Source: Eledone cirrhosa
Taxonomy: Eukaryota
Assembly (NCBI GenBank): GCA_964016885.1
Contig: OZ024754.1
Location: forward strand, 43,648,001-43,712,000
Length of the DNA stretch: 64,000 bases
Direction of reading: 5' to 3'
Part shown: positions 44,151-59,798 of the stretch, in pieces
How the letters are laid out: each line of letters starts with the position of its first letter
Position numbering within the stretch: position 1 is the stretch's first letter
The notes under the pieces: generated by a model
What the model saw: the letters and a program-made list of their open reading frames with translations, nothing else
Database searches by the model: none
What the model was told of the DNA's origin: nothing
Program-made: the position numbers and the translations under genes

Positions 44151-45094
44151 TATGTGTGTGTCTGTGTATGTATGTGCATGTGTAAATATGTGTTTGTATG
44201 TATGCATGAGTATGTGTGCGTGTGTATGTATGCATGGGTATGTAGGTATGTATGTATTGCATGTATGTGTACAGATGCATGTGTATGTATATATATATAT
44301 ATGTATATGTCTGTATGTGTATATGTATGTATATATGTATATATCTGTATATGTATATATATATGTGTGTGTATGTATGTGTGAATGTATGAATGAGTGT
44401 GTATATGTGTATATATATGTATGTGTATGTATATGTATGTGTATGTATATGTATGTGTATGTATATGTATGTGTACGTATATGTATGTGTATGTATATGT
44501 ACGTGTATGTATATGTATGTGTATGTATATGCATGTGTATATATCTGTATGCGTATATATATGCATGTGTATATATATGTATATGTATGCATGTGTATAT
44601 TATTCCCAGAAACCATCCAGTGCATCATTCCACGTAATTATACAAAATTAAGTTTTGACATGAGTAAGGAATTGACACATAGTTGGGTAATGGGGGGAGG
44701 GGGCTGTAAGAGAGAGGGGGGGAGACAGAGAGAGATAAGAAGAAGAAGAAGAAGAAGAGGGTCAGAGAGTGAGTGAAAGAGAGAGAAGATAAAGAAGAAA
44801 TTGAGAGTGTGTGTGAAAGAGAGAGAGTGATAGAGACGACGACGAAGAAGAAAGTCAGAGAGAGGAAGAGAGAGAGAGGGGGGGGCGAAGACGAAGAAGA
44901 AGAAAGTGGGAGAGAGGAAGAGAGAGAGGAAGAGAGAGAGGGGGGCGAAGAAGAACAAGAAAGTAAGAGAGAGTGAAAGAATGTAAAATGTCTAAAAATA
45001 ACATTAGGTTGATACTTTTGTTTTGTTCTTTTTTCCTAATATCAAAACCCCGAAATATCTCAACTATCTTGTTACTAAATAATTCAAGTCCTTA

Positions 45095-45930
45095 TATTTT
45101 CTATTAACTAGTAGAAGATCTTACTCTTATATCTTTGCTTGTACAAGATCTCACCCTATCTTTACTTCTATAAGATCTCCCCCAATCTTTACTCTCTGCT
45201 AAAGTCTTATTATTTTCTACTAACTAGTATAAGATCTCACCTATCTTTACTCGATGCTAAAGTATTTATATTTCCTATTAACTTGTATAAGATCTCACCC
45301 TATTTTTACTTCTATAAGGTTTCCCCCCTATCTTTACTCGCTGCTAAAGTCTTTATATTTCCTATTAACTAATATAAGATCTCCCCCTATCTTTACTCGC
45401 TACTAAAGTCTTTATATTTCCTATTAACTAGTATAAGATCTCCCCCTATCTTTACTCGCTACTAAAGTCTTTATATTTCCTATTAATTAGTATAAGATTT
45501 TCCCCTATCTTTACTCACTGCTAAAGAATTTATATTTCCTATTAACTTATATTAGATCTCACCCAATCTTTACTCGCTGCTAAAGTCTATATTTTCTAAC
45601 TAGTATAAGATCTCACCTATCTTTACTCGCTACTAAAGTCTTTATATTCTTTGTTAACTACTATAAGATCTCACCTATCTTTACTCGCTACTAAAGTCTT
45701 TATATTTCCTATTAACTACTATAAGATCTCACCTATCTTTACTCGCTACTAAAGTCTTTATATTTCCTATTAACTACTATAAGATCTCACCTATCTTTAC
45801 TCGCTGCTAAAGTCTTTATATTCTTTGTTAACTACTATAAGATCTCACCTATCTTTACTCGCTACTAAAGTCTTTATATTCTTTGTTAACTACTATAAGA
45901 TCTCCCCTAATCTTTACTCGCTACTAAATC
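45095..45930. repeat. 59-60-bp minisatellite, about 13 copies
   Basis: ataagatctcacctatctttactcgctactaaagtctttatatttcctattaact. Confidence 0.92.
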
Positions 45931-46499
45931 CCTCACATCTGTTACACATATTAACAATATTTAAATTATCTTACGGTCACTGATTACGCTTCTACGCTAT
46001 CAGCGCTAATTCCCCCCCAAAAAAGATAAAAATAAAAAATATTTAATTTTTTTGTTTTAAAAATTATATTTTTTTCATTTATTGTATTTTTCTATTTATC
46101 TTTTAAGGTAAAAACTAAAGAATATTTTATATTTTATTTTATATATCTTATATATTTATTTTATTTTATTTTATTTTAGTTTTGTAAACATAACAATGAC
46201 AAACTAATAATTGGAGAAATTTTGAGTGGCATTGAAAACAAAAACAACCCCCAAAAAAAGATAAGAAAACTCTCCCAGCCCTAACCCTACCCCACAAAAA
46301 GTGGTAGGTAGGGTTTTGGGGTGGTGGATGGGTTGAAGGCGGATTCCTGAATACCAGTAATTGTTGTCTTTTGTAAGCTACACATCGAAGTTATTCTAAG
46401 ACATCTGGTAGTAATGTTTACTTAACTAAATACTAACCATAGTACAGCATAGCAGTGATGTCAGTTTAGAGGTTAACTGGTGTGTGTGTGTGTGGTGTG

Positions 46500-46561
<62 letters not shown>

Positions 46562-46886
46562 TGTGTGTGTATGAGTGTGTGTTTATATGTGTGTATATAT
46601 GTGTAATATATGAGTGTGTGTGATGTATATATATATATGTGTGTGAGTGTGTATGTTTTTGTGTGTATATATATATATATATATGCATGTGTTTATATAT
46701 GTGTGTATGTCTGTGTGTGTTCATGTGTGCATATATATATGCGTGTGCTTGTGTAGAAATGACTTCTAAATGATTAACACTGTTTCATTCGAATGAAATC
46801 ACCAAGAAAACAGTTCTAGTCCTTCAGAATATGATTCTACTGATGTATTGAGTACTTTATATAACTGTATCTTTCCCCGACCCCCT

Positions 46887-46969
<83 letters not shown>

Positions 46970-47030
46970 CCCAAGGGTCTGATACCATCAACACTATACA
47001 CACAGAGCTGGCATATCTAAGAACTGACTA

Positions 47031-47086
47031 ACTGCCTGATGAGGTCATAGCCATTCAATGGCTATCATCGAAATATATATAGGAGT
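47031..47086 (+). ncRNA. Type I hammerhead ribozyme motif (family F)
   Basis: ACTGC-CTGATGA-GGTCATAGCCATT(C)AATGGCTATCATC-GAAA-TATATA-TA-GGAGT-AAATAAA; element 46968-47130 lies between microsatellites. Confidence 0.8.
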
Positions 47087-47127
47087 AAATAAAGGATTAT
47101 GAGTTCATGCAATTGACTTATGTTTCG

Positions 47128-47208
<81 letters not shown>

Positions 47209-47889
47209 CCGCTTGTGGGTGTAAATTGTATATATATATATATATATTTATTAAAATAACAGATTAAAGTTTAAGCAAAGAATTACTATATATATATTTT
47301 TTTTTTTTTTTTTTGATTGCCCAATGAAGAAAGCAATGAAAGCACGGACCCTACTAAAATTTATCCCAAATCTGAGCGACCCTATACTATTGGTGATAAT
47401 AGTACTAAAATGTATCCCACATCTAAGTGGCCCTACAGTGATGGTGATGAGAGTATGAAACGATAAATAATCAATATTTTAAGCAACACATTAATGTTAT
47501 CTTAAATGTAGATCAAGTCAGGAAACTCTACACAACTTCTGCAATTGATCATAACTGCAGCAAATCTGTTTTACTGTTCAAGACCGCTGGGTTTATCTGA
47601 GACTCAGAGGATAGAAGCTGGTCTGATCTTGGATATATCTGGGATAGAAGCTCCATTATTGTCTGCCTGGGAAATGGTATTTGTTATGATCCAGAAGCTT
47701 TTGCTGATGTTCATATTTCCCCTGTGGATCACACTGGAACGAAACCAATGACAGCTTCGGCGAAAGATTTCCTCGTTTTTAGTCTTTGATTTATGCACAG
47801 CCACAGCAAATAGACTTCTTCTGATTCGTGTCATGTTACTAAAGTACGTTCATCTGTAGACACACAGACACATATATATATATATATAT

Positions 47890-48031
47890 GGTGGTGTTGG
47901 TGGTGGTGGTGGTGGTTGTTGTTGGTGGTTGTTGTGGTTGTGTTGATAGTGGTGGTGGTGGTGGTGGTGGCTGTTGATGTTGTTGGTAGTTGTTGTGGTT
48001 GTGTTGATGGTGGTGGTAGTGGTGGTGGATG

Positions 48032-48063
<32 letters not shown>

Positions 48064-48372
48064 GGTGGTGGTGGTGGTGGTGGTGGTGGTGATGGTGGTG
48101 GTGGTGGTGGTGGTGGTGGTGGTGGTGGTGGTGGTGGTGGTGGTTGATGTTGTTGGTGGTTGTTGTGGCTGTGTTGATGGTGGTGGTAGTGGTGGTGACT
48201 GTTGTTGTTGCTGGTGGTGGTGGTGGTTGTGGTGGTGATGGTGGTGATTGTTGTTGTGGTTGATGTGTTGATAGTGGTGGTAGTGGTGGCTGTTGATGTT
48301 GTTGGTGGTTGTTGTGGTTGTGTTGATGGTGGCGGTAGTGGTGGTGACTGTTGTTGTGGTGGTGGTGGCTGG

Positions 48373-48405
<33 letters not shown>

Positions 48406-48530
48406 TGGTGGTGGTTGTGATGGTGGTGATTGTTGATGTGGTTGTTGTGTTGATAGTGGTGGTTGTTGTTGTGATGGTGGTGGTGGTGGTTATGGTGGTT
48501 ATGGTGGTTGTGATGATGGTGGTTGTTGTT
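47890..48530. repeat. (GGT/GTT)n compound repeat with internal duplications
   Basis: Direct inspection. Confidence 0.9.
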
Positions 48531-49497
48531 TGCTAATATTGTTGATGCTGTTGTTGCTATTGCCGTTGTTATAAAATTGATATGACATTGTTGCTGCTGC
48601 TGTACTTTCTGTGGTTCATAGATGATATATTGCTGCAGTTAATGTTGTAGTTTTAGTAGAATAATTAAAACTACGGTGCCAATATCGAGGACATAGTCGT
48701 TGTTGTAGTTGTTGTTGTAGTTGTTGTTGTAGTTGTTTTTGTAGTTGTTGTTGTAGTTGTTGTTGTAGTTGTTGTAGTTATAAAAATCAGATTGTATTTA
48801 TGATAGAGTTATTATTGTTACTGTTGTCGTTGTAGTTGTTACTGCTGTTATTGTTGTTACTGTTGTTGTTACTGTTATTATTACAGCTGTTGTTACTGTT
48901 GTTGTAGCTGTTGTTGTTACTGTTGTTGTTACTGTTGTTGTTACTGTTGTAACTGTTATTGTTACTGCTGTTACTACTGTTACTGCTGTTACTGTTGTTG
49001 TTACTGCTGTTGTTACTGATGTTACTGCTGTTGTTACTGTTGTTGTTACTGTGTTGTTACTGTTGGAGTGTGGTAGTTATATGTGCTATTTAAGATACAA
49101 TTTTCATTAAATTTAAATTAATTTCAACGTTTATAAGATTTATTCTATAAAACTTATAGATTTTTTTTTCGCTGTCCTGGTCAATATTTTGTCTCAAATT
49201 CTTCCATTTTGAATACATATATGTGTACATACACAAACCAACACACACATGGTGACACATACACAGCCCAACACATACACACGCCGACTCATACACAAAC
49301 CAACACACACACGCCGACACATACAAAACCAACACACACACACAATCACATAATTACACAATCACTCACATTTGTATGAAGATTTGATTTGTATTGTATA
49401 TAAGTGTATGTATATGCATATATGTATGTATATACATAAATATGCATACATATAAGTGTATGTGTGTACTGCGTATTTGTCTGTGTACCTATGTATA

Positions 49498-49550
<53 letters not shown>

Positions 49551-49604
49551 TATGTGTGTAAAATATATGTTTAAATAGATATGTGCGTGTATTATGTATG
49601 TAGG

Positions 49605-49671
<67 letters not shown>

Positions 49672-49768
49672 GTATATATATATATATATAGTAGATAAGT
49701 GAACAAACAAAACACAGGAGACAATTTTTACAGTTATATTAGGTTCAATATATATACATATACATACA

Positions 49769-49804
<36 letters not shown>

Positions 49805-50292
49805 TACATATATATATTCATAGATATAGATATACATAGTCATATATTCTTTGTTGCGTTCATCGTATTTTCTCGCCATATATATCTGAAGAACTTAAGA
49901 AAGAGCCTAACTTTGATTGTCAAGTCAAATGGCTGTATATTAGTTATCTCTTCGTCATTTCACTGGTTTTCTTCTTGAAAATTGTCCATAAAAGAGATTA
50001 CATTTATTAGAAGAAAAAAAAAAATCTTTTTAAACAAAGTTTTCCTGTTTCCCGGCGAAATTAATTTGCCTCTCGGCACAAACAGACAAGCGTTCCTAGC
50101 ATTCCTTGTATTATTCTGCCATTTTGTTTGTCAATTTCTCTATTCAGTCATCTTGTATTCAGCATCTAAACATAGTTGAAAATGAATTGTATGAAAATGC
50201 AAGATGCCAGAAAAATAATATGTATATATATTTGTGTGTGTGTATGTATCACCGAAGGTGCATGTGTATGCACGATTTCACACACACACACA

Positions 50293-50337
<45 letters not shown>

Positions 50338-50403
50338 CGCTATAGTCACTTATATATTATGGAATACTGTTGGTTTCTTGCTACAATAATTTCTATACTT
50401 TTC

Positions 50404-50468
<65 letters not shown>

Positions 50469-50689
50469 TATATTTGTATATAAATATATATATATGTGTG
50501 TGTGTATGTATGTATGCATATATGTATGTATAAATGTATGTATGTATAAATGTATGCATATATATATTTATTTATATGTATATAAACCGGAAACAAAAAA
50601 AACAAATCACGTGACACTGATGATATGAATAGATACAAACAAAAATTACAAATAAATCTTTACATCTTTCATTAGCAAATTATTATTAT

Positions 50690-50812
50690 TCATTTGTACC
50701 GTCCTGTATTGTCCTGTACTGTCCTTAATGTCTACTTTATGTAAACCCTTGTGGTTAATAAAGAAAGCATTATTATTATCATTATTTTTATTATTATTAT
50801 TATTATTATTAT
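50690..50812 (+). mobile_element. LINE 3' tip with (TTA)n tail
   Basis: gtccttaatgtctactttatgtaaacccttgtggttaataaagaaagcattattatt; same family as 3208-3260. Confidence 0.6.
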
Positions 50813-51080
50813 TACTGCTGTCTGTTGTTGTTATTGTTGTTCTTGTTCTTGTTCTTCTTGTTCTTCTTATTGTTGTTGTTATTATTGTTGTTGACGTGAT
50901 TGTTGATGTTGTTGTTGTCATTGTTGCTGTTGTTGGTATTGTTGTTATTAAATGTTTGCAACATAAATTCCATGGCCTCGAGCAGGGAAGTCTTCTTCAT
51001 TGTATTTTACTTTAGTATTTCATCTTTGTTCATTTCTTCCCAAACTTGTGTGTGTCTATATCTATATATGTGTGTGTATT

Positions 51081-51152
<72 letters not shown>

Positions 51153-51646
51153 TGTGTATCAGTGTGTGTATGTGTCTGTGTCTGTATCTCTGTGTGTGTG
51201 TACGTGTCTTTGTTTGTGTGTCTGTGTATGTCTCTGTATATATATATGTGTGTGAGTGTGTGTGTGTGTGTGTGCGTGTGTGTCTGTATATCTGTCTATA
51301 TATGTATATATGTGTGTATATGTGTGTGTATAGTTTCAAGACTCTGAAATTAAACGGAAGGCGTTCGATTTCTGCTCGCAGCCTCACTCTCATTTTCATT
51401 TCCTGCTCTGTTTTAACATTCAATTATTTATATTTATTTTTATCATTTAAATATTTATTTATATTTATTTCTAATTATTTATTCATAAAGTTATTTATTT
51501 TTATATAATTTTTATCACGTATTTATTAATGTATTTATTGATATAAATACATTAATAAGAATGGAGATATTAATGGAAACATTGTCTCCTTGGTCCGATC
51601 TGACGATCGTCTCATATCCTTTCCTTTTTATTGATATATTTTTTCA

Positions 51647-52059
<413 letters not shown>

Positions 52060-52236
52060 CGAAGGAAGTGCGGTAAGGAACCAGTTGGACCATAACGCAC
52101 CAGAGTACTGAATACTTAGGGTAGTAGAGTGGGTAATAGGAAAATGTATAACCCCGACGGCAGAGCTCAAGCCGTTTCCAGTCTAGAAATAGCCGGCGAA
52201 ACGGCTTGAGCTCTGCCGTCGGGGTTATACATCGTC

Positions 52237-52238
<2 letters not shown>
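52060..52238. mobile_element. Family A inverted dimer
   Basis: The long arm (minus) ends at gccgtttc and the short arm starts cagtctagaaatagcc; both arms share the private variant tataacccc/ggggttata. Confidence 0.82.
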
Positions 52239-52303
<65 letters not shown>

Positions 52304-52351
52304 ATTATATATATATATATATATAATTATATATATATATATATATATAAT

Positions 52352-52411
<60 letters not shown>

Positions 52412-52505
52412 ATGTATATATATATATACATATATATAAGCTTAAAATTAAGAACAAAGCCTACCTTAACTAGCAACTACACACCCTTCCTATTCTCTCT
52501 CTCTC

Positions 52506-52584
<79 letters not shown>

Positions 52585-52699
52585 ATCAAACTTTTTCTAT
52601 TATATTTATATTTATATTCATCTTCACCAACTTTAGGGGCTACAAGACATTTCTTTCATGTTAATAAGTATCTAATCATCGAAGGGCATATATATATAT

Positions 52700-53023
<324 letters not shown>

Positions 53024-53066
53024 TAATTCAAAATATTAACAAAATAGATATTCTTGTGATCAAGTA

Positions 53067-53133
53067 TATTTTATTATACATATTTCAGAGGTACTGAGTT
53101 AACTTCAACAGTACGTCCTCATCAGATAAAATA
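53067..53133 (-). ncRNA. Type I hammerhead ribozyme motif (family B, element 53020-53210) with intact core
   Basis: Minus strand: TATTTTAT-CTGATGA-GGACGTACTG..CAGTACCTCT-GAAA-TATGTA-TA-ATAAAATA. Confidence 0.85.
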
Positions 53134-53205
53134 AGATGATGCATGACATACCCTGACATTGTAAAACTCATTCTTTGATTTATTCATTGAACCTTGTTTA
53201 ACTTT

Positions 53206-53256
<51 letters not shown>

Positions 53257-53289
53257 ATTTGTATCTTATTGTTTTTATCTGTATGTCTT

Positions 53290-53692
53290 GTTGTTGTAGT
53301 TGTTGTTTACATCAGTACATCTGTTGTTGTAGCTGTTGTAGTTGTTGTTGTTGTTGTAGTTGTTTACATCAGTACATCTGTTGTTGTAGCTGTTGTAGTT
53401 GTTGTTGTTGTTGTTGTTGTAGTTGTTTACATCAGTACATCTGTTGTTGTAGCTGTTGTAGTTGTTGTTGTTGTTGTAGTTGTAGTTGTTTACATCAGTA
53501 CATCTGTTGTTGTAGCTGTTGTAGTTGTTGTTGTTGTTGTAGTTGTAGTTGTTTACATCAGTACATCTGTTGTTGTAGCTGTTGTAGTTGTTGTTGTTGT
53601 TGTAGTTGTAGTTGTTTACATCAGTACATCTGTTGTTGTAGCTGTTGTAGCTGTTGTAGCTGTTGTAGCTGTTGTAGTTGTTGTAGTTGTTG
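53290..53692. repeat. 54-60-bp minisatellite on a (GTT/GTA)n scaffold, 6 copies
   Basis: gtttacatcagtacatctgttgttgtagctgttgta six times. Confidence 0.9.
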
Positions 53693-54061
53693 TTCTTATA
53701 CCACCAACTAACTTACCGTTCTCTCTATTTAACTGTTCAACTATCTGTCAATGTCACTTTTGCCGCGGATCAAAACGAGACTAAAATTAGAATGGTGTTA
53801 AATATCCATAGTGAGGGGCGGGAGGGGAGATGAGGGTTAGGGTTAGTATTGGGAATGGGGTGGTGGTGCTGGAGTAAATAATCTTGGTTCTCATCTGTAA
53901 ATGGTTCCCCTACCATCCACCCACCCATTCCTTACCATCTCCCCACCCCCACAGCCCCCTCTCAGTCCACCTCTACTAAGGAATCGGTTAGTCATGCTCT
54001 GTTTCTGGTAACTCGATAGTTATAATGTCAAAACCACATTCATGTCCCCTCTCTCTCTCTG

Positions 54062-54105
<44 letters not shown>

Positions 54106-54106
54106 C

Positions 54107-54175
<69 letters not shown>

Positions 54176-54253
54176 TATATACACATATATATATATATAT
54201 ATATATATATGCGTGTGTGTGTATATATATGTATACACACATATATATATAAG

Positions 54254-54284
<31 letters not shown>

Positions 54285-54319
54285 ATGTATGTATATATAT
54301 ATACATATATATGTATATA

Positions 54320-54385
<66 letters not shown>

Positions 54386-54397
54386 CTTATATATATA

Positions 54398-54452
<55 letters not shown>

Positions 54453-54498
54453 GTCTTCACGTGCTTACTTCAGACTCTTCTAATGCTGCTGCTGATGA

Positions 54499-54542
<44 letters not shown>

Positions 54543-54879
54543 ATGGTAAATCTGCTGAATGAAGAATTCCTTTGAAGAAGGCGTACAGCAAGGAAACGGA
54601 AGCGGAAGTGAATAATGTGGCGAATGAAAAAAAAAATTGTTTGCCAGATAATAAAACGTATAATATTAAAACAATGATCGAAGAAGAAGAAGAAGAAGAA
54701 GAAGAAGGGGGGGGGGGTCTAATTACTGCTTTCAATGAGATATTCACATCAAAAGTACATGAAGTTCCAAAATGGTTATAACTCCTAGTCTCGCTACGTA
54801 GAACATTCACGTATATATCACCCCCACGCCACCTTCTGATGACATTCACGTATATATCACCACCACGCCACCTTGTGAT

Positions 54880-55410
54880 AACATCTTTGGACAGCCACTT
54901 ATGACATGGGTGACATCTTCGATGTTAAATCTGCAAAAGAGTCTGCACTTGTTATCGCATCTAGGTGTTTTGCCTGCATCCCTATCTCTTTTGTGAATCA
55001 GGTATTTTGTATCGATTTCGTGTTCTTCAATTGCAAAAGCGTATCCTTCAAAGTGGGAGCCAATATGGCGGTTGTTGGTCCAAGATAGACTACCTCGTTT
55101 ATCTAGATTACTCTCACACTGGAGCTTCCAGGCAACATACCCATGCATGAGGTTTTGCTAAGCATGCAGTTTTTCATTCATGGATTCATTGCGGTTTTGT
55201 TGGGTAGTCTCCCTGGGTGTGAGTGTTTGGTTATCATGCAGGGAGTATCTTTCAAGGAGTTCCCCTCCCAACTCTCATGATCTTCTTTGTCTCATGAGAC
55301 AGACATGCTCAAGAGGTTCGTAGATGTTGTCGGAGGGATATGATGCGAGACTTAAATGCTGTCTGGACTGATGTTAGGCCTCTGCCACTCTGCTTATGTT
55401 TCAAGTTGCT
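54880..55410 (-). pseudogene. Degenerate non-LTR retrotransposon ORF fragment (R4/Dong-like, post-RT region plus CCHC knuckle)
   Basis: GRGLTSVQTAF, then MHGY..SLSW..FEGYAFAIEEHEIDTKY..KCRLFC..EDVTHVISGCPKM. Confidence 0.78.
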
Positions 55411-55626
55411 GTACTTCAGTAATTTGTTGTTGATATTGATGTTGTGCTCATCAAAAGTTGTTTGTTGCAGTATTTAGTCGGATATCTCTACGAATTCGAA
55501 TAAAAGGTGTCTTCAGTGGGTGTATTAGAAGAATATCCAGCTATTCAACATGACTGGTAGTTGTGGAATTATTGTCGGAGATAGTACTTATCTTAAATTT
55601 AATGAATAGTCTCCCACGCCAACATG

Positions 55627-55667
<41 letters not shown>

Positions 55668-55716
55668 GTATGCATGTATATATATGTATATATGTATGTA
55701 TGTAATGTATGCATGC

Positions 55717-55763
<47 letters not shown>

Positions 55764-55942
55764 TATATGTATGCATATATGTATGTACATATGTATATGT
55801 GTATGTATGTATATGTATGTATATGCATATATGTATGTATGTATATATATGTATGTATGTTGGCCATACTCGATAACGAGGAGCAGCTATCATGTATGTA
55901 TATATGTATGTATATATATATATTATGTATATATATATATAC

Positions 55943-55975
<33 letters not shown>

Positions 55976-56013
55976 TGTATGTATGTATGTGTGTATGTAT
56001 GTATGTATGTATG

Positions 56014-56047
<34 letters not shown>

Positions 56048-56476
56048 TGTAAGTATGTATGTATATATCTATGCATGTATATATGTATGTATGTATATAC
56101 ATATATGTATATATGTATTTATGTATGTATGTTTGTATGTTTTTCCCTTTCCCCTTATTTACACTAAAATGGCGGTTGTATCACAGCTGGCAGAACTTAA
56201 ATTGATATCATCACAGTTGGGGGGCTCAGAAATATCCGATCTTTTATCCCCCGTCATGCTGTATTGTATAACCAAAACACTTAACCTCTCTTAGCCTTAA
56301 TCCACCCAGCTACAAATAGGTGACAATATAAACAGGGGTACCACTATATAATTGACGAGTGTTATTTGACTTTTCCAACTACTCAGTTGACGATGCTTGA
56401 TGAGGTTTTCAGAGTGGAAGTCATATTATTCACCCGAGAAAGTATTCTGGGTGTTTAACCAAAAATCAGATTATAA

Positions 56477-56548
<72 letters not shown>

Positions 56549-56798
56549 GTATAAGCAAATGTGTGTGTGAGTGTGTGTGTAATAAGGGTTTAGATCGATA
56601 TCCAATGATTTCGATGTTGTTGCTTACACTTTGCTCAATAAACCCATTTGGAGCACACACATAGGAACAATTGTTAGCCAACATTCTCAGCCAGAAGCCT
56701 TAGCCATGAAATCAGAGTGAAATTATTGTCTTAGCAGCTTAACATATAAAAATGTTAAAGTAGTCATTCAGTATCTCCCTTCTTTAGCACACAACCTG

Positions 56799-57179
<381 letters not shown>

Positions 57180-57437
57180 TGCATACATATATACACACAT
57201 CAGTCCGTCTGATGAAACGACAAAGCAGAAACATAGAAGTCACTCCCACTTTTCTACTTCGGTAATATATTTCTACACTCTACCCACAGTATTGAGTACT
57301 CTTTCACTTGTTTGAATTATATTCTTTGAATGTTTTCAATACAACACTATTTTAAACACACACACATATACATATATATATATATATGTTTGTGTGTGTG
57401 TGTGTGTGTCTGTGCGTGTGTGTGTGTTTGTGTGCGT

Positions 57438-57500
<63 letters not shown>

Positions 57501-57572
57501 TATGTGTGTGTGTGTTTGTTTGTGTGTGTGTGTGTATAGATATATGTGTGTGTAAGATATATATATATATAT

Positions 57573-57768
57573 ACGAACGAGTAGGACCCCGACGGCTGAG
57601 CTCAAGCCGTTTCGACGGCTAATTCTGGGCGTCCAGAATTAGCCGTCGAAACGGCTTGAGCTCAGCCGTCGGGGTCCTACTCGTTCCTATTACCCACTCT
57701 ACTACCCTAAGTATTGAGTACTTTGGTGCGTTATGGTCCACCTGGTTACTTACCACATTTCCTTCGTT
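57573..57768 (+). mobile_element. Family A inverted dimer
   Basis: Apex ctgggc|gtccag (57630/57631); both arms share the private variant gtagg/cctac. Confidence 0.85.
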
Positions 57769-57829
57769 ATATATATATATATGGTCTGTTGGAGATGCAG
57801 GACATTTCCTTCGTTATATATATATATAT

Positions 57830-57932
57830 GGTCTGTTGGAGATGCAGGACATGGCAGCGATAATGAGGTACAGAGACCGCTGGAGAGAACTCGTCCATGG
57901 ATCTCGGGAATTTTACCCGCCTTAGATAGATA
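57830..57932 (+). mobile_element. RTE-like LINE extreme 3' end
   Basis: GLLEMQDMAAIMRYRDRWRELVHGSRE-stop plus a short (AGAT)n tail. Confidence 0.6.
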
Positions 57933-58195
57933 TATATACATATATATACATATTTATATATGTACGTGTATATATATATATATATATATTGTGCTTGTTT
58001 CTTCCTATCTTTCCGTTGCTATACCATTTTTGTTTGTTTACTTGTCTCGCTCGCTTTATTTAGCTATTGCTCACACCAACTGGTGGTATATGTCAAAGCG
58101 ATGAAATACCGATGATAGTTGGAAAATCACTGATGAAGGACTAATTTTTTTCATATGTAACCCATGTGCAACCACGCAGCACTCAATTCTTCTCA

Positions 58196-58299
<104 letters not shown>

Positions 58300-58411
58300 G
58301 AATAGAGATGGCATCTGCATATTAGATCTACTGTGTTACAACAGTATATATGGCGGTATATATATGTGTGTGTGTGTGTGTCTGTGTATCTGTGTGTCTG
58401 TGTGTGTGTGT

Positions 58412-58466
<55 letters not shown>

Positions 58467-58482
58467 TGTGTGTGTGTGTGTC

Positions 58483-58542
<60 letters not shown>

Positions 58543-58625
58543 TGTGTATGTGTGTGTGTGTCTGTGTGTGTGTGTGTGTCTGTGTGTGTATGTGTGTGTC
58601 TGTGTTTGTGTGTCTGTGTTTGTGT

Positions 58626-58664
<39 letters not shown>

Positions 58665-59238
58665 TGTGTGTGTGTGTCTGTGTGTATGTATGTGTCTGTG
58701 TGTGTCTGTGTATGTATATACAGGCACAGATCTACGTATTAGATCTACTTTGTATTACTAGAGTATGTAAGAACTGGTTGTAATGACTAACAGTTGTGAC
58801 ATATAGAACTGTAGCAAGAGAGTTTCTGGCCAGGGGTGACCATTTGATAGCAAATCCTGTCCCTGTACTGAGTATCATCTTACGTCCGATGACATTTTAA
58901 TCACTGCTGAACAGCGGGGGGTCTGCTAGACGGGAACAGCCTCATCGGCTATTCCGTTGTGCACCCCTGCCCTCTTACACACTTTTTTCTTAATTCTTAG
59001 CATCCTTTGATGACTGGGGAAAAAAATATATAAATAAATATATAAAAAATATATAAATATATAAATAAATCATAACAACAATATAGTGTATTAACAGATA
59101 TGTTATGTATGTATTATATATATATATATATATATATATGTTTATATATATATCATACATATATATAAGCATAAATATGTATGTATTATATATATATATA
59201 TCATATATATAAGCATATATATGTATGTATATATATAT

Positions 59239-59271
<33 letters not shown>

Positions 59272-59364
59272 ATATATATACATACATATATATGTTTATA
59301 TATAAATATATGATATACATACATATACATACACACATTCATACAAATATATATATATATATTT

Positions 59365-59463
<99 letters not shown>

Positions 59464-59798
59464 TACATATATATACATACATATGTAGACATACCTACAT
59501 ACTGTCAAAATACGTATATACAATGACGTCACTTACTTTACAGATTAGACTACACTGATGACAAAATGTTAATTATTTCCGTTCATTTAATCACTTACAA
59601 TCAAACTAAATATCATTTGAAAGGAACTCTTTTTTCTTTACTCTTTTAAATGATGTAAATTTAAAGACGTCTATTAAAGTAGGTCTAATGTAATTATACA
59701 GACAGTATCGCTAACACTGCAACCGTGAATATCTTTCAACAAATGGCTATTTAAAGCAAATACGTGTATTTTTCAACTGAATGGAATGTTGGTATTAA

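Noticed and set aside
53832-53846. Telomeric TTAGGG repeat
   Set aside because: Only about two units, expected by chance
58128-58170. Isolated CTGATGA hits (also 34601, 40213, 56397, 380 minus, 46830 minus)
   Set aside because: They lack the stem II-GAAA-stem III-UH-stem I arrangement
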